Positions 21,017 to 30,544 are shown, numbered from the stretch's first letter. The stretch is 64,000 nt of DNA from Candidatus Saccharimonadia bacterium (GCA_023253175.1 JALRHH010000001.1:172020-236019); one strand, 5' to 3'. The notes: a model not told the origin generated them from the sequence alone. Numbers and translations: made by a program.

Positions 21017-22405
21017 ATGTCGAAAATATTTAATCCAGGTAGTTTAAATAAACTGAGGCTTTTAAATTTTGCACTCGCGTTTGCACTTGTTGGTATGGTT
21101 GCACTTATCATCTCTCATGCTGCTATACCGGCTGGGTTTATTGGAAGTTATGAGCAGGATATTGTTGATAAGACTAACGCCGCTCGGGCTCAGCAGGGGC
21201 TAGGTAAAGTTCAGCATATTGAATGTCTCAATACTGTTGCGGAAAATTGGGCTAAGCAGATGGCGCGGGCAGGAACGATGTATCACAATCCAGAGGGTGG
21301 AGCTGATATTACCGCGGCATGTGGAGGTGCATGGGCATCGAGGGGTGAAAATGTTGCAGCAGGTTGGTCTTCGACTGATTCTGTATTTAGGGCATGGATG
21401 GCAAGCCCAGCCCACTACGCTAATATAGCCGGTAAGTATGCCTATAAGTTTAACAAAACCGGTGTGGGCGCCTATCGTGACGCTAACGGTAAGCTGTGGT
21501 GGACACAGGTGTTTGCTCGCTGCGGCACTTGCACGACGGCATGGAGTACCAATGCAACGCTCCCTAGTGACAACCTTGTGACCTACTATAAGGATAGTAT
21601 TTACTCGAGGCCAATTGGTGTTAGTACCGCTGATGTCACTACCTATAACTACCAATTCGAAACAGTACCTAACGGTGACGTCTTTTCTCTCAAACGTAAA
21701 AGTACTAGCAGTGGCATGGTAGAAATCAACAGCGTGACTGCTGCGTCTGGCCACAAGACATGGACCGGCAACAAGGCGACCTTAATACCAACCGCAGATA
21801 TTGCTAAATATGATGCGCAGCTCCAGGTAGCCCCGAACGGCGACCTTGATATCATTCGCCGCAAAAACACAGGCAGCGGCATGGTCGAGGTGGGACGATT
21901 GACTGCTGCGTCTGGCTATAAGACATGGGCCTTTGATAAGGCCACGATCATACCAGTAGCCGACCTTGTGACCTACAGGGCACAGCTTCAGGTAGCTACC
22001 GGTGGAGATTTGTTCTATATCAGGACACAGGGCACCAGTGGTAGTGTTGTTCAGGTTTACCGGCTTTTGCTTGCTTCAGACTACAAGACCTGGGGGTACC
22101 AGAAATCTACGAGTGTGACCGTCGCAGATGTGACGAAATATAATTACTATATACAGGTGATGGGGAATGCAGATCTATTCTTTATCCGACGCCAAAATAC
22201 GGCGAGCGGGACGATTGAAGCTGGACGTTTAACTGATGCTTCAGGTCTTAAGAGCTGGGCATTTATGAAGCAATCAACTATGGCCCTCAGTTATTACGCT
22301 AATAATGTGAAGGAAATAAGCGCGTCACAGGACAGTGACTTGTTCAGTGTATCCCTTATCAGTACATATGGGGTTTATGCACAGCGTCTTGGCCCTGCGC
22401 TCTAA
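21017..22405 (+). CDS. Secreted/anchored CAP (SCP/PR-1, YkwD-like) domain protein with about five C-terminal tandem repeats of about 56 aa
   Basis: N-terminal TM/signal (LLNFALAFALVGMVALIISHA). CAP motifs (NAARAQQGL, WMASPAHYANI, GVGAY). Repeats share ...(N)GD(L/V)f.I.R.nT.SG.vEv.rLTAASGyKTW... Confidence 0.7.
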   Translation: MSKIFNPGSLNKLRLLNFALAFALVGMVALIISHAAIPAGFIGSYEQDIVDKTNAARAQQGLGKVQHIECLNTVAENWAKQMARAGTMYHNPEGGADITAACGGAWASRGENVAAGWSSTDSVFRAWMASPAHYANIAGKYAYKFNKTGVGAYRDANGKLWWTQVFARCGTCTTAWSTNATLPSDNLVTYYKDSIYSRPIGVSTADVTTYNYQFETVPNGDVFSLKRKSTSSGMVEINSVTAASGHKTWTGNKATLIPTADIAKYDAQLQVAPNGDLDIIRRKNTGSGMVEVGRLTAASGYKTWAFDKATIIPVADLVTYRAQLQVATGGDLFYIRTQGTSGSVVQVYRLLLASDYKTWGYQKSTSVTVADVTKYNYYIQVMGNADLFFIRRQNTASGTIEAGRLTDASGLKSWAFMKQSTMALSYYANNVKEISASQDSDLFSVSLISTYGVYAQRLGPAL

Positions 22406-22423
22406 TAGCCAATTTAATGAGAG

Positions 22424-22525
22424 CTAACTGCTTAAGACCTGCTTCTTACCCGAAATAAAGCTGTAATCCAAGCACCACAGTTCATTAGTTTCACTATCGC
22501 GTACGTAATACCGTTCTGCTTTCAT
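22424..22525 (-). CDS. Possible 33-aa micro-ORF (MKAERYYVRDSETNELWCLDYSFISGKKQVLSS)
   Basis: Not in the ORF track (under 60 aa). GGAGGG lies 3 nt upstream of the ATG on the minus strand. Convergent with the CAP gene. Confidence 0.2.
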   Translation of the reverse strand: MKAERYYVRDSETNELWCLDYSFISGKKQVLSS

Positions 22526-22628
22526 ATACCCTCCAGCTAATGGTATTTATACCGTATATGGTTTATACCGATGTGAATATGATATTTTTCACACTTTAGC
22601 CGAACTAGGGTGTACAATACCCTCCAAT

Positions 22629-23072
22629 ATGAGCCTGGAAATAGAATCATCAAGCCTACAATTGTCTCCAGAGGATGCAGCTGTAGTAATGGAAGCATAC
22701 GATATACGTGGATATCGAGTTGTTGGACTTGCGTATGAAGGTGCCTACAACCCAAAGCCTGAAAGCGATGGCAGACTTGTGCTTAATGAGGCTGGTGTGA
22801 TCGCTCTTAAGTCCTGTGTTTCAGAAGACATTAAGTGCCGGTTGGGTTTTTTGTATGGTAAGTGGGTTAATCGACCTGATGGTATGGAATTTAATCCGGG
22901 ATACATTGCCGCAAATCTAAAAGATCAAAATATCATACCTTCTCCTGAGCGCCTGGATCGCATGCGTGCAGTGGTGGCTCGGGCAAAACGCAAGTTACGG
23001 GATGATATGCGCGTCAATGCGGTATTTATAGAATTTTTAGAACAAAAAGATTCCGGAAAGGCTGCTGCCTAG
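22629..23072 (+). CDS. Hypothetical protein (147 aa)
   Basis: ORF with TGTACAAT (22611-18) 10 nt upstream and no SD. No recognisable domain. Confidence 0.45.
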   Translation: MSLEIESSSLQLSPEDAAVVMEAYDIRGYRVVGLAYEGAYNPKPESDGRLVLNEAGVIALKSCVSEDIKCRLGFLYGKWVNRPDGMEFNPGYIAANLKDQNIIPSPERLDRMRAVVARAKRKLRDDMRVNAVFIEFLEQKDSGKAAA

Positions 23073-23093
23073 CTCGGTAGCATTTACGATCTG

Positions 23094-23705
23094 ATGAAGG
23101 AGCAAGCACTTAGCGCAGAAATTTACTGTGATGCAGCTGCCCCAGATCTATCTATCGAACCCGCATTGCATGGTATCAATATCGTAAAGACTATAGCACC
23201 ATGGATAAAAGTTTTAGATGACTGTGTGACGATACTGGACATTGAAGCTGAGCCTAATTCTATTCATGTTGATGAAGTAGTTTGGCCCCACGCGCAGTCA
23301 GACATAGCAATTGTATTGACTAAGCGTAAGCTACTAGGTGTCAATGCTCCAGAGCAGCGTCGGAGCCAGACGGCTGAAGTGGATCTTCTTGGAGTCACAC
23401 TGACTTGGTATGAACCTAGATTTCGTCAGATAGTAGTGGCTGACACAAGCTCCATAAGGCGCCCAGAACATATTATTGCGCACGAGATAGGACACGTACT
23501 GGGCGTCGAGGGTAGCAGCGAGCACCCGGATGATCTGCACTGCAGGGACAGAAGATGTCTTATGTATCCGTTGCAGTATCGCACAGGTAAGTCTGATCGT
23601 AGTTTTTGTGAATGTTGCAGTCAGCAGATACATGACAATAGCTTGGCACTGCGAAGAGCGAAGACGCGGCGTTCTCGTGCGACGCATAGCGAAGCAAAAT
23701 TCTAG
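23094..23705 (+). CDS. Archaemetzincin-like (peptidase M54-like) zinc metalloprotease
   Basis: HEIGHVLG ... C-RDRR-C-L-M ... CECC corresponds to the archaemetzincin signature HExxHxxG...Cx4CxM...CxxC, with altered spacer lengths. Confidence 0.55.
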   Translation: MKEQALSAEIYCDAAAPDLSIEPALHGINIVKTIAPWIKVLDDCVTILDIEAEPNSIHVDEVVWPHAQSDIAIVLTKRKLLGVNAPEQRRSQTAEVDLLGVTLTWYEPRFRQIVVADTSSIRRPEHIIAHEIGHVLGVEGSSEHPDDLHCRDRRCLMYPLQYRTGKSDRSFCECCSQQIHDNSLALRRAKTRRSRATHSEAKF

Positions 23706-23732
23706 ATTCTTTCATGTAGAATTTGCAACATA

Positions 23733-23762
23733 TTGACAGGGGTAGGGGTTTCGTGCTAAGAT
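23733..23762 (+). promoter_or_regulatory. Candidate promoter of rplC and downstream genes
   Basis: TTGACA (23733-38), 18 nt spacer, TAAGAT (23757-62). Confidence 0.5.
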
Positions 23763-23899
23763 GTCTTGGTATATCAAATTGTTTTGGTACTTGGTGAACT
23801 GGTAAGTCCTTCTGTAACAGGGGTGAAACTGCCATGGCACCAAGCATTTTTGTGTGATAACCAAGTCCAAGGCGTAAGTAAATAAGGGTCAAATATTCT

Positions 23900-24526
23900 A
23901 TGAAAGCATTGATCGCAAGAAAGGTCGGCATGACAAGCACCATCGCAGAAGACGGTGTTGTTACTGCTGTAACCTTGCTTTCCGCTAGTCCCTGTGTGAT
24001 TACACAGGTGAAGACCGCTGAGACAGATGGCTATACGGCTGTTCAGATTGGTGCTGAAGAAGCACGTGAGAACAACGTGGCGAAGCCTCAGCAAGGTCAC
24101 TTTAAGGCTGCAGGTGTGCTCCCGAAGATTGTTCGTGAGCTCCGTGTAGACGAAATTACCGAAGACCTCAAGGTTGGTGAAAAAATCAATCCAGAGGTCT
24201 TTTCAGTTGGTGACGTCATTAACGTGACGGCTACCAGCAAGGGTAAGGGTTGGGCCGGAACCATCAAGCGACACAACTTCCACCGCCAGCGCAAGACGCA
24301 CGGTGGTAAGGGAAACACTCGTAAGGTTGGTTCAATCGGTTCGATGTACCCACAACACATTTTCAAGGGCAAGAAAATGGCAGGCCAGATGGGTGCTGAG
24401 CAGGTAACTGTGAAGAACCTAAAGATTGCACTCGTTGACACTGAGCTTGGTGTTATCGGTGTAACTGGTGCTGTACCAGGCCCACGTAAGGGGATCGTAC
24501 TGATCCGTGGAAAGGACACTAAATAA
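23900..24526 (+). CDS. rplC: 50S ribosomal protein L3
   Basis: MKALIARKVGMTS...TSKGKGWAG.IKRHNF....KTHG. Confidence 0.97.
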   Translation: MKALIARKVGMTSTIAEDGVVTAVTLLSASPCVITQVKTAETDGYTAVQIGAEEARENNVAKPQQGHFKAAGVLPKIVRELRVDEITEDLKVGEKINPEVFSVGDVINVTATSKGKGWAGTIKRHNFHRQRKTHGGKGNTRKVGSIGSMYPQHIFKGKKMAGQMGAEQVTVKNLKIALVDTELGVIGVTGAVPGPRKGIVLIRGKDTK

Positions 24527-25161
24527 TGGCTGTCCCTACTTTTACTAAGAGTGGTGCTAAGGCAACTACTGCTGCAAAGCTCGACAAGGGCGTATTCGGC
24601 GTAGCTGTACAGAATCACGAACTATTAAAGCAAGCCTACGTTGCATACCTTGCAAACGGCCGTGAGAATTTGGCTAAGACCAAGACTCGTGGTGAAGTTT
24701 CAGGTGGTGGCCGTAAGCCTTGGAAGCAAAAGGGTACTGGCCGTGCTCGTTTTGGTTCTTCTCGTGTGCCAATTTGGCGCGGTGGTGGTATCACCTTCGG
24801 TCCAACTGGTAACGAAAACTATTCGCACAAGCTCCCAACAGCTACTAAGCGTGTGGCACTTCGCCAGGCACTTTCAGTCGCTGCAGAAGCTAACAAGTTC
24901 GTAGTTGTTGAAGACCTTAACTTCACCGGTAAGACTACTGATGCAGTCAAGCTACTCGACAAGATCGGCGCACACCGCAATATCCTTGTTGTTGTAGAAG
25001 CTAAGACCGTTGAGCAAGAGCGCAGCGTGAGCAACCTTTCAGAGGTCAAGCTCGTAACTGCTAACTACCTCAACGTATACGACATTCTGAACGCAGACAC
25101 TATTGTTCTTACGAACAAGGCGTTGGCTGTCGTTCACGAATGGCTTGGAGGTAAGGCGTAA
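24526..25161 (+). CDS. rplD: 50S ribosomal protein L4
   Basis: TAATG overlap. GGGRKPWKQKGTGRAR.GS.R.P.W.GGG..FGP. Confidence 0.96.
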   Translation: MAVPTFTKSGAKATTAAKLDKGVFGVAVQNHELLKQAYVAYLANGRENLAKTKTRGEVSGGGRKPWKQKGTGRARFGSSRVPIWRGGGITFGPTGNENYSHKLPTATKRVALRQALSVAAEANKFVVVEDLNFTGKTTDAVKLLDKIGAHRNILVVVEAKTVEQERSVSNLSEVKLVTANYLNVYDILNADTIVLTNKALAVVHEWLGGKA

Positions 25162-25499
25162 TGAGTAAAACTCTACTACTGAAGCCTCGTATTAGTGAAA
25201 AAGCATATGGTCAAAGCTTGACCAAGAACACCTACGTATTTGTTGTTCCTACCGACTCTAACCGTTCAGAGGTTGCGGAAGCAGTTGCAGCGCAGTTTGA
25301 CGTTACTGTTACCGATGTAAACATCCTGAATGTTAAAGGTAAAGTAAAGCGAACTGTACGTAAGGGTGGCAAGCAATCTATCGGTCGTGACAACGACATC
25401 AAGAAGGCTTACGTAACCCTTAAAGAAGGTGATTCAATTGCTGTCTTTGCTACCGAGGATGCAAACAATGAACCTAAAGGTAAGAAGGAGACCAAATAA
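25161..25499 (+). CDS. rplW: 50S ribosomal protein L23
   Basis: TAATG overlap. LLKPRISEKA...YVF.V....N..E...AV...F.V.V..VN. Confidence 0.93.
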   Translation: MSKTLLLKPRISEKAYGQSLTKNTYVFVVPTDSNRSEVAEAVAAQFDVTVTDVNILNVKGKVKRTVRKGGKQSIGRDNDIKKAYVTLKEGDSIAVFATEDANNEPKGKKETK

Positions 25500-26341
25500 T
25501 GGCAGTTAAAGCTTATAAGCCAACAACACCTGGTCTCCGTGGTATGACTTCGCAGGATTTCTCTGCGATCACTACCAAGAAGCCTTTGAAGTCACTAACC
25601 GTTATTAAGAAGAAGCACTCAGGCCGCAACAACATGGGTCGTATTACGACTCGTCACCGCGGTGGTGGTAACCGTTCTTTCTACCGTATTATGAACTTCA
25701 ACTTGGCAGCAGGTACAACTGCTACTATCGAGCACATCGAATATGACCCGAACCGATCTGCTCGTATCGCACGTATCTTGGACCAAAACAATCAGTACCA
25801 CTACATCCTTGCAAGTCAGGGTATGAAAGTTGGTCAGACTATTACAAGCGGTGAAGAAGCTCCAATCGAAGCTGGTAACCGTCTTGCGCTTAAGAACATT
25901 CCTGTAGGTTCTGTGATCCACGCTGTTGAACTACAGCCTGGCCGCGGTGCTCAGATTGTTCGTTCAGCTGGTGCATCTGCACAGCTTATGGCGAAGGAAG
26001 GCGATTACGCACAGCTTCGCCTCCCATCAGGCGAAGTACGTAAAGTACACATCGAGTGTACTGCGAGCCTTGGCGTTGTCGGTAACGAACAGCACCAGAA
26101 CGTAAAGATCGGTAAAGCTGGTCGCTCACGCCGCATGGGCCGTCGTCCGACGGTCCGTGGTGTTGTGATGAACGCTGTTGATCACCCACACGGTGGTGGT
26201 GATGGTGGTCGTCACCGTATGGCACGTGCACCGGTAACTCCATGGGGTCAGAAGACTCTTGGATTCAAGACCCGTCGTCGTAAGAGTACTAACAAATTTA
26301 TCGTCCGCAGTCGTCACGCGGCTAAGCGAAAGAAAGGGTAA
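25499..26341 (+). CDS. rplB: 50S ribosomal protein L2
   Basis: GRNN.GRIT.RHRGGG...YR, VRG..MN..DHPHGGG. Confidence 0.97.
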   Translation: MAVKAYKPTTPGLRGMTSQDFSAITTKKPLKSLTVIKKKHSGRNNMGRITTRHRGGGNRSFYRIMNFNLAAGTTATIEHIEYDPNRSARIARILDQNNQYHYILASQGMKVGQTITSGEEAPIEAGNRLALKNIPVGSVIHAVELQPGRGAQIVRSAGASAQLMAKEGDYAQLRLPSGEVRKVHIECTASLGVVGNEQHQNVKIGKAGRSRRMGRRPTVRGVVMNAVDHPHGGGDGGRHRMARAPVTPWGQKTLGFKTRRRKSTNKFIVRSRHAAKRKKG

Positions 26342-26344
26342 TAA

Positions 26345-26620
26345 ATGAGTCGTTCACTTAAGAAAGGTCCATTTATCGATCCGAAGCTCGCCAAGAAAGT
26401 GGCGGCTCTCGGTAACGATGACCGAACAATCATCAAGACTTGGGCACGTAGCTCAACGATTTCACCAGAATTTGTTGGCCGCACAATCGCTGTTCACAAC
26501 GGTAAAGTCCATGTTCCAGTGTTTGTTACAGAAAACATGGTTGGTCACAAGCTCGGTGAGTTTAGCCCAACCCGTAAGTTCCGCTCTCACGGTGGTAAGC
26601 TCGCGAAAGGTAAGAAGTAA
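26345..26620 (+). CDS. rpsS: 30S ribosomal protein S19
   Basis: [15 protein letters not shown]...[23 protein letters not shown]. Confidence 0.97.
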   Translation: MSRSLKKGPFIDPKLAKKVAALGNDDRTIIKTWARSSTISPEFVGRTIAVHNGKVHVPVFVTENMVGHKLGEFSPTRKFRSHGGKLAKGKK

Positions 26621-27003
26621 TGGCAGTTAAAGCAGTTGCTAAAGGTGTTCGCATGAGCCCTCGCAAGGTTGGCGTTGTAGCTAGTCTTGTCCGTGGCCGC
26701 AGCGTAGCCGATGCTCTTACAATTCTAGAGCACACCCCGCGCCGTAGTGCATTGCCTGTTAAGAAGGTAATCGAGAGCGCACGCGCAAACGCAGATCACA
26801 ACCACAACTACAAGCCTGATACGCTTCAGATTGTAAGTATTAGTGTTACTCCAGGTGCTCGCCTCAAGCGATACCGTCCAGCAGCACACGGTCGTGCTCT
26901 TCCGTTCCAGCGCAAAACTTCACACATCCACGTTGTTGTCGATGGTGAACAGCGTGCAGCTAAGAAGCCAGTCAAAGCTGCCGAGAAGAAGGAGGCAAAG
27001 TAA
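26620..27003 (+). CDS. rplV: 50S ribosomal protein L22
   Basis: Overlapping start. A.GVRMSPRK...VA.LVRG..V.DAL.IL. Confidence 0.95.
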   Translation: MAVKAVAKGVRMSPRKVGVVASLVRGRSVADALTILEHTPRRSALPVKKVIESARANADHNHNYKPDTLQIVSISVTPGARLKRYRPAAHGRALPFQRKTSHIHVVVDGEQRAAKKPVKAAEKKEAK

Positions 27004-27632
27004 TGGGACAAAAAGTAAACCCAATTAGCATGCGCCTGCAGCTCAACAAGGACTGGCGATCGAAGTGGTTCGCAAACAAGCGTGATTACGCAAAGTTCCT
27101 AACTCAGGATCTTGAAGTGCGCCGCATGATTACCAATAAGCTTGGCTCACGCGCAGCTATTAACAAAGTAGACATCGAGCGCTCACCAAACCTCGTAACC
27201 GTTACAATCACGACTGCTAAGGCAGGTGTTGTAATCGGTCGTGGTGGTTCAGGTGCTCAGGAGCTCAAGGCAGCTATCGAGAAAATCTATGACACCCCAG
27301 CTCGTGTTAACATCGAAGAAATCAAGAAGCCAGAGCTATACGCTAAGCTTGTTGCGGAAAACATTGCGCACCAGCTAGAGCGCCGTATCGCGTTCCGCCG
27401 TGCAATGAAATCAGCAGCAGGTGCAGCAATGCGCTCAGGTGCTCAAGGTATTCGTATCGAGATCGCTGGTCGTCTCGGTGGTGCAGAAATGTCACGCCGT
27501 GAAAAGACTGTGGAAGGCTCAGTGCCACTTCACACGATCCGTGCAAACGTTGATTACCACGCTGCACGTGCCAAGTACCCAGGTTCTGGTATCATCGGTA
27601 TCAAAGTTTGGATCTACAAGGGGGACGCGTAA
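27003..27632 (+). CDS. rpsC: 30S ribosomal protein S3
   Basis: [10 protein letters not shown]...DW.S.WFA; KH domain; [10 protein letters not shown]. Confidence 0.97.
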   Translation: MGQKVNPISMRLQLNKDWRSKWFANKRDYAKFLTQDLEVRRMITNKLGSRAAINKVDIERSPNLVTVTITTAKAGVVIGRGGSGAQELKAAIEKIYDTPARVNIEEIKKPELYAKLVAENIAHQLERRIAFRRAMKSAAGAAMRSGAQGIRIEIAGRLGGAEMSRREKTVEGSVPLHTIRANVDYHAARAKYPGSGIIGIKVWIYKGDA

Positions 27633-28045
27633 TGTTGATTCCTAATAGAACCAAGCACCGCCGCGTGTTCAAAGGCAAGGTCCGCGGACCTGCTACATCC
27701 GGCAATTACATCGCTCACGGTGACTTCGCCCTTCAGGCGCAAGGTCACGAGCGAATCACCAGTCGTCAGATCGAGTCAGCTCGTCAGGCGATGACCCGTT
27801 ACATCAAGCGTGGTGGTAAGATTTGGATTCGAATCTTCCCTCACACTCCAGTGACCCGCAAGGCCCTTGGAACAAAGATGGGTAGCGGTAAGGGTAGTCC
27901 TGAATTCTTCGTTGCTAAGGTTCGTCCCGGCACGATTATGTTCGAGATGCAGGGGGTTTCAGAGGAAGTTGCGCGTGAGGCTATGCGTCTTGCAGCACAT
28001 AAACTACCTGTTAAGACCAAGTTCTTGGTGAAGGAGGAGGCGTAA
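27632..28045 (+). CDS. rplP: 50S ribosomal protein L16
   Basis: Start set to ATG 27632 (TAATG overlap with the rpsC stop): [14 protein letters not shown]; IWIRIFP..P.T.KA...MGSGKG. Confidence 0.96.
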   Translation: MLIPNRTKHRRVFKGKVRGPATSGNYIAHGDFALQAQGHERITSRQIESARQAMTRYIKRGGKIWIRIFPHTPVTRKALGTKMGSGKGSPEFFVAKVRPGTIMFEMQGVSEEVAREAMRLAAHKLPVKTKFLVKEEA

Positions 28046-28245
28046 TGAAAGTCGCTGATATCCGTAAGTTGTCTACTACTGACCTTACAACTGAGAGCAC
28101 AAAGCTCCGTGAAGAAATAACTGATTTGAAGCGCCGCGTGCACATGGGCGAAGTCCAGAATGTGCGTAGCCTTCGTAACAAGCGTAAAGACCTAGCACGA
28201 ATGCTAACCGTTCTCGGCGAGCAGCTAGCGAAGGAGAACATGTAA
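28045..28245 (+). CDS. rpmC: 50S ribosomal protein L29
   Basis: 66 aa in the canonical position. ...LR.LS..DL..E...LREE...LK pattern. Confidence 0.9.
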   Translation: MKVADIRKLSTTDLTTESTKLREEITDLKRRVHMGEVQNVRSLRNKRKDLARMLTVLGEQLAKENM

Positions 28246-28508
28246 TGGCTAAGACCCTAACTGGTGTAGTCTCGTCTGACAAAGGCGACAAGACAATTGT
28301 CGTTACTGTTACTACTCGCAAGACGCACCCAATTTATAAAAAGAAGTACAGCTTCTCTAAGAAGTTCATTGCTCACGACGAAAAGAACGAAGCAAACAGT
28401 GGTGACACTGTCGTAATCGCAGAAACTCGTCCGCTCTCAGCTCGCAAGCGTCACACGCTTGTAAAGATCGTTGAGCGCGCAGGTGTTGAGCACAAGGAGG
28501 AGGCGTAA
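28245..28508 (+). CDS. rpsQ: 30S ribosomal protein S17
   Basis: L.GVV.SDKGDKT.VV.V......HP.Y.K......K..AHDE.N....GD.V.I.E.RPLS. Confidence 0.95.
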   Translation: MAKTLTGVVSSDKGDKTIVVTVTTRKTHPIYKKKYSFSKKFIAHDEKNEANSGDTVVIAETRPLSARKRHTLVKIVERAGVEHKEEA

Positions 28509-28876
28509 TGATCCAACAAGAATCACGTCTTACTGTTTGTGACAACAGTGGAGCAAAGGAAATTCTTTGTATTCGTGTCCTTGGTGGAACTCGCAAGCGC
28601 TACGCTCGTGTTGGTGACGTTATCGTTGCTACCGTAAAGCAGGCGAGTCCAACCGGAAACGTTAAGAAGAAGACTGTTGTACGTGCTGTGGTTGTTCGCA
28701 CCCGCGACGCAATCAAGCGTAAGGACGGTTCAACGATCAAGTTTGACGATAACGCAGCTGTTATCATCAACGACGACAAGAACCCGAAGGCTACTCGTAT
28801 TTTCGGACCAGTGCCACGTGAACTACGTGACCTTGGCTACCAGAAGATCATTAGCCTTGCACCGGAGGTACTATAA
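28508..28876 (+). CDS. rplN: 50S ribosomal protein L14
   Basis: [23 protein letters not shown]; 122 aa. Confidence 0.97.
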   Translation: MIQQESRLTVCDNSGAKEILCIRVLGGTRKRYARVGDVIVATVKQASPTGNVKKKTVVRAVVVRTRDAIKRKDGSTIKFDDNAAVIINDDKNPKATRIFGPVPRELRDLGYQKIISLAPEVL

Positions 28877-29208
28877 TGGCTGACCAAGTATTTAAGATTC
28901 GTCTGAAGAAGGGTGACACTGTTGTCGTTCGCTCTGGTAAGTACAAGGGACAGAGCGGCAAGATTGTTGCAACTCACCCACTACTAAACAAGGTAACTGT
29001 CGAAGGTATTAACATCGTTAAAAAGCATGTTAAGCCTAACCGCCAGCACCCACAAGGTGGCATCATTGAGATCACCAAGCCGATTGCAGTTAGCAAGGTT
29101 GGTATCCAGGAGCCAACAAGCAAATCAGCATCACGTATTAGCTACACATTCGACAAGGATGGTAACAAGACTCGTGTATTCACTAAGACTAAGAAGGAGA
29201 TCAAGTAA
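28876..29208 (+). CDS. rplX: 50S ribosomal protein L24
   Basis: KKGDTV.V.SGK.KG..GKI (KOW motif) in the canonical position. Confidence 0.93.
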   Translation: MADQVFKIRLKKGDTVVVRSGKYKGQSGKIVATHPLLNKVTVEGINIVKKHVKPNRQHPQGGIIEITKPIAVSKVGIQEPTSKSASRISYTFDKDGNKTRVFTKTKKEIK

Positions 29209-29786
29209 TGGCTACTGCTAAAACATCAGCACCAGTTACAGCTCGTCTAAAGTCTGAATACCAGGACAAGTACGCTGCTGAACTCATCAAGGAACTCGGT
29301 CTTGCAAACGCAATGCAGGTTCCAAAGCTTGAAAAGATTGTCCTAAACATCGGTCTTGGCCGCGCCAAGGACGACAAGAAGATGATCGAAGTCGCAACTA
29401 ACACACTTACAAAGATCACTGGCCAGAAGCCACTTGAGACATTTGCTAAGCAATCAATTGCAGGCTTCAAGCTTCGTGAAGGTAACAAAATTGGTCTGAA
29501 GGTAACCCTCCGTGGTGACCAGATGTACGAATTTATGGATCGCCTCATTAACATCGTCTTGCCACGTCTTCGTGACTTCCACGGTGTTTCTGGCAAGGCT
29601 TTCGATAAGTCTGGTAACTACAGCCTTGGTCTCGTTGACCAATCTGTATTCCCAGAACTTACGTTTGAAGAAACAACAACCGCTCATGGCATGCAGGCAG
29701 TATTTGTCGTCAAGTGTCAGGAGCAGGCACACAGCCGAGCTCTCCTAGAGAAGTTCGGCATGCCGTTTGAAAAGGAGGCTAAATAA
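29208..29786 (+). CDS. rplE: 50S ribosomal protein L5
   Basis: RLK..Y........L..EL...N.MQVP.L.KIV.N.G.G; DF.G....FD..GNY..G. Confidence 0.96.
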   Translation: MATAKTSAPVTARLKSEYQDKYAAELIKELGLANAMQVPKLEKIVLNIGLGRAKDDKKMIEVATNTLTKITGQKPLETFAKQSIAGFKLREGNKIGLKVTLRGDQMYEFMDRLINIVLPRLRDFHGVSGKAFDKSGNYSLGLVDQSVFPELTFEETTTAHGMQAVFVVKCQEQAHSRALLEKFGMPFEKEAK

Positions 29787-29787
29787 T

Positions 29788-30057
29788 ATGGCCAAGAAGT
29801 CAATGATCGCTCGTGATGCTAAGCGTCAGAAAATGATTGCTAAGTACGCTGCAAAGCGTGAAGAGCTCAAGAAGCTTGGTGACCTCGAAGGTCTCCACAA
29901 GCTTCCTCGTAACAGCTCTCCAACTCGTTGGAAGAACCGCTGCGTTGAAACCGGTCGTCCACGCGGCTACATGCGCCAGTTTGGCTTGAGCCGTTTGAGC
30001 TTCCGCGAACACGCAAGCAAGGGAGAAATCCCTGGTATAACAAAGAGTAGTTGGTAG
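29788..30057 (+). CDS. rpsN: 30S ribosomal protein S14, long Cys-less (C-) form, 89 aa
   Basis: Start set to ATG 29788 ([15 protein letters not shown]...). C-terminus [24 protein letters not shown]...G.IPG..K.SW. No CxxC pairs. Confidence 0.94.
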   Translation: MAKKSMIARDAKRQKMIAKYAAKREELKKLGDLEGLHKLPRNSSPTRWKNRCVETGRPRGYMRQFGLSRLSFREHASKGEIPGITKSSW

Positions 30058-30070
30058 GAAAGGAGTATCG

Positions 30071-30472
30071 ATGTCGAAGACTACAACAGATCCAATCGCA
30101 GACATGCTGACTCGTATTCGTAACGCAATCGCAGTACGAAAGACAGAAGTATCCCTGCCTCACAGCAATGTGAAAGAAGCAGTAGCTAAGCTACTCAAAG
30201 ACAGCGGTTTTATCGACAGCGTAGCTGTTGAAAAAGCAACCGTTGGCAAGACACTGACCATCACCATTAACGCCGAGGGCACTAACGCACGTATTACCGA
30301 GATTACTCGTCTGAGTAAGCCTGGTCGTCGTGAGTATGCTGGCAGCGACAAGATCCCAACCGTTAAGCGCGGTCGTGGACTCGTGATCGTTTCAACCAGC
30401 AAGGGTCTCCTCAGTGGCGCCGATGCTAAAAAACAGGGCGTTGGTGGTGAGCTAATTTGTAAGGTTTATTAA
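30071..30472 (+). CDS. rpsH: 30S ribosomal protein S8
   Basis: DPIADMLTRIRNA; 133 aa in the canonical position. Confidence 0.96.
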   Translation: MSKTTTDPIADMLTRIRNAIAVRKTEVSLPHSNVKEAVAKLLKDSGFIDSVAVEKATVGKTLTITINAEGTNARITEITRLSKPGRREYAGSDKIPTVKRGRGLVIVSTSKGLLSGADAKKQGVGGELICKVY

Positions 30473-30544
30473 TAAGTATTTAGAGCTTTTAGGCAAGCTG
30501 CCTCGAACTTGGCAATGTTGCTAAAAGGTTAAGCGTGAGTAGAT

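Noticed and set aside
22537-22755. 72-aa minus-strand ORF overlapping the start of the 147-aa plus-strand ORF.
   Set aside because: It has no SD or promoter context and His/Leu-rich low-complexity translation. It overlaps the better-supported plus-strand gene and its promoter.
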